This document shows positions 59,593-64,000 of a DNA stretch of 64,000 nucleotides, one piece after another. Origin of the DNA: the human T2T-CHM13v2.0 reference genome, Homo sapiens; assembly GCF_009914755.1 (NCBI RefSeq), contig NC_060935.1. The stretch is one strand, 5' to 3'. The translations under genes and the position numbers were made by a program. Each line of letters starts with the position of its first letter. The first letter of the stretch is position 1. A model generated the notes under the pieces. It was not told where the DNA came from. It made no database searches and saw only the letters and a program-made list of their open reading frames with translations.

Positions 59593-60140
59593 GAAAGCCC
59601 CTGTGGCTTTGGAGGCATTGTGCCCACGGTCCACCAAGTTCTGTGGTCTCTTCCGTCTTACATGGTCCCAACTCCGACACTCAGGGAAAGACAGATCCCT
59701 GCCCTGATTTCCCTACATAGTGCCTGTGCTCTCACTGTATAGCCCCGGGTGAAAAATGATGAATACTTTATTAGCCACCTGTTTGAGACAAGCACATGGC
59801 TGAGAAATGAATTCAGTTCTTATCCCTATCTGGCAGTTTATCCAGAACTGCTCATGGGATGGTTTAAACCTCTGTGGGACCCAGAAGATGAAAGGGGCAG
59901 GTGAGCAAGGCTGGTGTAGAAAGAAGAGTTCATTCCAGTGGGTGTTACCAGACTGAGGATCTCAGCCCTACGTCATGCAATTTGCTACAGAACTACTAGT
60001 GATCGTAAAGAAAGAAGGTGGAGGCAGCTCTGCATCTGGGAGCGGCCAAAGGAGCCCGCGTGGAGGTAAGAGGTCTGCAGTGGGGAGTATCCCACTGCAC
60101 TCAGTGTGGTTTTAGAAGAAAAGTTCTTCAACTTTGATAT

Positions 60141-60146
60141 TTTATT
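60141..60146 (-). terminator. THYN1 polyadenylation signal AATAAA
   Basis: About 140 nt after the THYN1 stop; UGUA upstream. Confidence 0.75.
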
Positions 60147-60282
60147 GAAAAAAGTACACAAAAACCACTGAGGTACACAAGCCCAGGTAAGCATACCAAG
60201 CAAGCCCCCTCACACCTTTTGTCTGAAAAAAGCTTGACTTCTTTGCAGCAATGTCTCGCCCATTCCAGCAGCAGTATCTCAG

Positions 60283-60329
60283 TTAACTTGGTTCCTTTTC
60301 CTCCAGGCTCAAAACAAAATCAAACTCTT
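60283..60329 (-). CDS. THYN1: THYN1 last coding exon (EFDFVLSLEEKEPS, stop)
   Basis: 47 nt, ttgtag| acceptor, TAA at 60283-85. Confidence 0.95.
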
Positions 60330-60653
60330 CTACAAAAAAAAAAGGGAAAAAGGAAGGATTAGTTTTTAATGTCCCCTCTTGAACAGGAAAGTTGTGCCAG
60401 GCACAGGTACATCTTACATGGTACTAAGGCGAGCAGTCATTCGTTCAAAACTATTTACCAGGTGCCAAGCACTATAGAGTACTGGGTAATAGTAACAGGT
60501 AACTCTGGCCACATTCCCTCCCTCATGGGTGTTACAGGTGAGGATGCTGACTGAGAAAGGTGAAGTACCATGCCCAAGTTTAATCAGCTAGTAAGTGGGA
60601 ATTCATGAGGTCATTCTGGTATATGGACAATAAAGGAGAGGGCCCACTCTTAC

Positions 60654-60804
60654 CCTGGGTCAGGGGCTGGATTGATAATCTCTGGCGAGTGAAGAGAACC
60701 ATATTTTTTAAGGGGCCACCAGTAGCTTTGTGAGCTTGATGATAGGATTTGAGCTCAGCCAGGGGAATGAAACGTTTCATCATCCGAACAAACTGTACAT
60801 CCAC
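60654..60804 (-). CDS. THYN1: THYN1 coding exon (VDVQFVRMMKRFIPLAELK...RLSIQPLTQ)
   Basis: 151 nt, acatag| and |gtaaga; EVE-domain RQRLSIQP motif. Confidence 0.96.
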
Positions 60805-61011
60805 CTATGTGACAACAGTGTACATGACAGAAAGACGTGTCTAGGCTGACTGTGCCCACTGTATTTTTAACCGCCCACAGGAAGCTCCTATCTCAGTATC
60901 ACCTCATCTGAGTAAGTGCTGGGCCGTGTACCTTGACCTACAGTCACCCCAACCGTCTTCTTCCCCTGGTTCATCCTTCCCCTGTCATGAAATAGAAAGC
61001 ATAGTCTTTAC

Positions 61012-61107
61012 CATGGACCACTTAGGGTTGTCCTCTTTGCTAGATGGGTCATAATGGGGATTGTTTTTCTCAAACTGTGTGTGGTCTGGGTAAGCCTCTT
61101 TCACGAT
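61012..61107 (-). CDS. THYN1: THYN1 coding exon (IVKEAYPDHTQF...NPKWSM)
   Basis: 96 nt, tttcag| and |gtaaag. Confidence 0.96.
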
Positions 61108-61672
61108 CTGAAACCAAAACAAAAGCTTTGAATCATCTGCCTGCAGTCAGCTCCACAGCCAATCTTTTAATCCATATCCAACTTTCATTTCTTCCCTGCA
61201 CATTCTTAACCCATCTGCCTTGCTGTACAGCCAATGGGGGCTCAGATATTTGGAAACAATATATAGTCTAATATATAGACTAGGAAATCAACTCTGTTTT
61301 TACAAAAGTCTTAAAAACATGCTCTAAAAACAAATGGCAAAGGTTATTACTGGTACCACTGTTTTTTTCCCCTCTGCACAGTTAATAATTTTATCCTGAT
61401 AAGCTTGGAGGAGCTATCATCAGGCCTGTTTTCGAGTGAGATCAAGACTTAGAGGTGGAGTGAAGTCTGTGCTAGTCGGACCTGAATGAAGGCCTGCTTT
61501 GAGTTATCAGATAGGAAGGGGCCAGGGCAGTTTTTCCCTATTCCTGTAAAAGGGGGATGGGGTGGGGGGGAGTGTACTTTTTTGTTGCCTAATTAAGGTA
61601 TATCCCTTTATATCTACTTAAGTTAGTCTCCCTGGAGGAAAAGGGATTCACACCAAAACCTGCCCAACTAAC

Positions 61673-61765
61673 CTTCATGAGTCCTGCGATGCCTGGCTCT
61701 TTGCAGTTGCTATGGTAGAAGAAGGCTTCTTCTCCCAGCTTCATGGCTCTAAGGAAGTTCCGAGC
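61673..61765 (-). CDS. THYN1: THYN1 coding exon (ARNFLRAMKLGEEAFFYHSNCKEPGIAGLMK)
   Basis: 93 nt, ggacag| and |gttagt; EVE FFYHS motif. Confidence 0.96.
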
Positions 61766-62119
61766 CTGTCCCGGGAGAAGAAAGAGTAACTATCCTCCCA
61801 CCAGCTGGAAAGTACTAGCTTTTAGCAGAAATCAAGTCTGCTTTTAATAGATGGGTGATTCTTGTCTGCAACTCCTCAATTCATTAGAAAGTCCTTCCCC
61901 TTTGCCAGGACACCCAGACTTTTACCAGGACATTGGCCAGAACACAGGCCAATTGAAAATTTCATGCAGAGTACTTAAGGCATTTTTTAATACATTATCA
62001 GGTTTGCTTCTGAGAAAAAGCAACCTTGGCCAAGAGGTTCTGCTACTGAGTACGTCATGAGGAGGAGGCAGGCATTCATCCCACCTGGGTCTCAGGCGAC
62101 CTCCTCCTTACCCTCTTAC

Positions 62120-62188
62120 CTGGTAGTTACGAACACCATCCCAGCATGTTGTCTGTTTGGGCTGTGCTTTGAGATCCTCAATGCTGAA
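62120..62188 (-). CDS. THYN1: THYN1 coding exon (FSIEDLKAQPKQTTCWDGVRNYQ)
   Basis: 69 nt, gcctag| and |gtaaga; EVE WDGVRNYQ motif. Confidence 0.96.
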
Positions 62189-62585
62189 CTAGGCAAGAGG
62201 AAATAAATTCAATCATTAAACAATCCTTGGCCAGTTAGTAAGCACATATGGAAGCAGACAGTTCCTTCCCCTAAAATGAGAGGGGCCACTGGCTATAGAG
62301 GAAGTATGTAGTTCACCGGGAAGTGGCTCCACAGAGACACTTTTGCTGGGTGAATGTAAGTAAGCCTTGTGTTACCTTGTTATCCTTGCTAATTATGAGG
62401 ATTAGCTGAATGAATAATCTAGGTGATAAAGTAATCTGCTAGTTACTTGCATTTTACTTTATATTTATAATAGTTCTGCTTATATTTTTCCCAGGCTATA
62501 TTAAATTCCCTGAAATATACATCAACTGTTGGCAGGGAGACACCTAGGAGCATGGCAGGTGTTCAGAGAAAGGTAACCTAAGATT

Positions 62586-62794
62586 GAGGTTGGCAGACTA
62601 TAGCCTTCAGGACAAATCTAACCCCATGCTGGATTTTGTGAATAAAGTTGAACTTGAACACAGCCACAGCTGTTTACTTATTATCTGTGGCCACTCTCTT
62701 GCTACAAGGGCAGGGTTGCAACAGAGACTGTAACACGCACAAGCCTACAAAATTTACTATCTGGCCCTTTGTGGCAAAGGTTAGCCAACCCCTG
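62586..62794. mobile_element. MER58A-like hAT DNA transposon
   Basis: ggttggc / gccaacc inverted ends; aaaatttactatctggcccttt. Confidence 0.7.
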
Positions 62795-62974
62795 CCCTAG
62801 ATACACAGGTTCACAAACCAGCTGATGATAATAAACCCTGCCGATTTTATTCATTTTTACCTTTTTCCTTCCCTTCAAAGATAAGAAGCTGGGGATGGAA
62901 CCCTATGGTGTCCCATATTCACTTCTCATTTAAAAAACACCATGAAGGGACTGGAGACAGGTCAAGGGTCTCAC

Positions 62975-63153
62975 CTTCACATCTACACCTTTCTCTAGGC
63001 GGCTCTCTGGCTCTGACTTCATCAGCCAGTGGCTGCTTAGATTCTTCAAACAGTTTTTAGTGGCTGAAGTCTTCTGAGGGTTGGAGTCCTCCACTTTAGC
63101 TAATGCCTCACCTGAGTTCTCAGTTTTGGTGCGTTTTCCTGATAGTCCCTTGT
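62975..63153 (-). CDS. THYN1: THYN1 (thymocyte nuclear protein 1, EVE domain) second coding exon (KGLSGKRTKTEN...WLMKSEPESRLEKGVDVK)
   Basis: 179 nt, ttgcag| and |gtgaga; WLMKSEP EVE signature; first coding exon outside the window. Confidence 0.95.
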
Positions 63154-63194
63154 CTGCAATAGGAGAAGCAAAAAGAAAAGATCATGCTTGTTAA

Positions 63195-63990
63195 AGGCAA
63201 TGTTTCATAATGGAAAAAGCTTAGCTTTGGAGTCAGACCTGGATTCAAATCATGGATCCATTACCAGCTGTAGGAACTTAATCTTACTGTTAAGAAGCTT
63301 TCCTTATCTATAAAAATTAGACAAGAATACCTACCTTACAGGGTATCTTCTGGATTATCTATTCAATAGGGTAAGAACACCTTACAGGGTTGTTCAGGAT
63401 TAAAGGTCCGGACAGTAGTCAATACATGTTTTCCTTTCCTCACTCTCTCTTCTATGCCTTTGCATAGGAAAGAGGAAACTGAGCACCTACTTGCAACTAT
63501 TTTGAAGCTTAAATGAGGTAATACAAAGGGCCTAGACAATGCCTGGCATTACAATAAGTGCATAATAAAAGCATTATTATTCTCATCTCATACGTCTTTC
63601 CTTCTTGCTCACTGTGGCTCCTGGCCCATCTCCTTTCTGCTCCTTGAAGGTGCCAATAAAAGTTGAAAGAAACAGTTCATTCAGGACATTGTAGAAAAAT
63701 GGTGATGATTCGATTTCATCCCAAGACAATCAGAATGTGCCTGGAACACAGTAGGCATTCAGTAGCTAAGTTGTTAAATTACTATATGACAGGGCCCAAG
63801 GTCTATGTGTTACCCTAACCCTAACTCGGTTAATCTACATAACCTGTGAGATGTTCTACTCTTCATCTGGGAAGCATGCTCCAGATCACACATCCAGTAA
63901 TGGTGGAATCAAGATATGAGGTCAGCACCTGTCACTGAGGTCTATCTGAAGCTACTTAATGACTATACTGCCTCTGAATTTAGTCAAAGT
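63195..63990. mobile_element. Cluster of MIR/L2 remnants
   Basis: gctttggagtcagacctggattcaaatc, tatctataaaa, aatgcctggca motifs. Confidence 0.55.
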
Positions 63991-64000
63991 CCCTACATCA

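Noticed and set aside
63813-63824. CCCTAACCCTAA telomere-like dimer
   Set aside because: Only two units; too short to call an interstitial telomeric sequence

Overview
Human (primate) genomic DNA that I recognise from the translated exons as the NCAPD3 / VPS26B / THYN1 locus (11q25, from recall). Minus strand: NCAPD3 (condensin II HEAT subunit D3) coding exons 1-16 (35765 down to 4529; 2045 nt, all phases join with GT-AG), continuing off the left edge. Plus strand: the complete six-exon VPS26B CDS (36962-57435, 336 aa), sharing a bidirectional CpG-island promoter with NCAPD3. Minus strand at right: the last six coding exons of THYN1, convergent with VPS26B; its first coding exon lies beyond the right edge. 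Introns are packed with Alu, old L1, LTR (LTR12, MaLR, MER4-like) and DNA-transposon fossils; repeat family names are by eye and boundaries are approximate. I see no RNA gene, CRISPR array or convincing new multi-gene system. The best leads are: (1) VPS26B's last intron is exactly 363 nt and stop-free in frame; (2) a near-perfect 3 x 184-bp triplication in VPS26B intron 1; (3) an LTR12 promoter antisense to NCAPD3; (4) candidate poison exons in NCAPD3 intron 8 and VPS26B intron 3; (5) a CRE plus five-MRE cluster; (6) an almost spacer-less inverted Alu pair.
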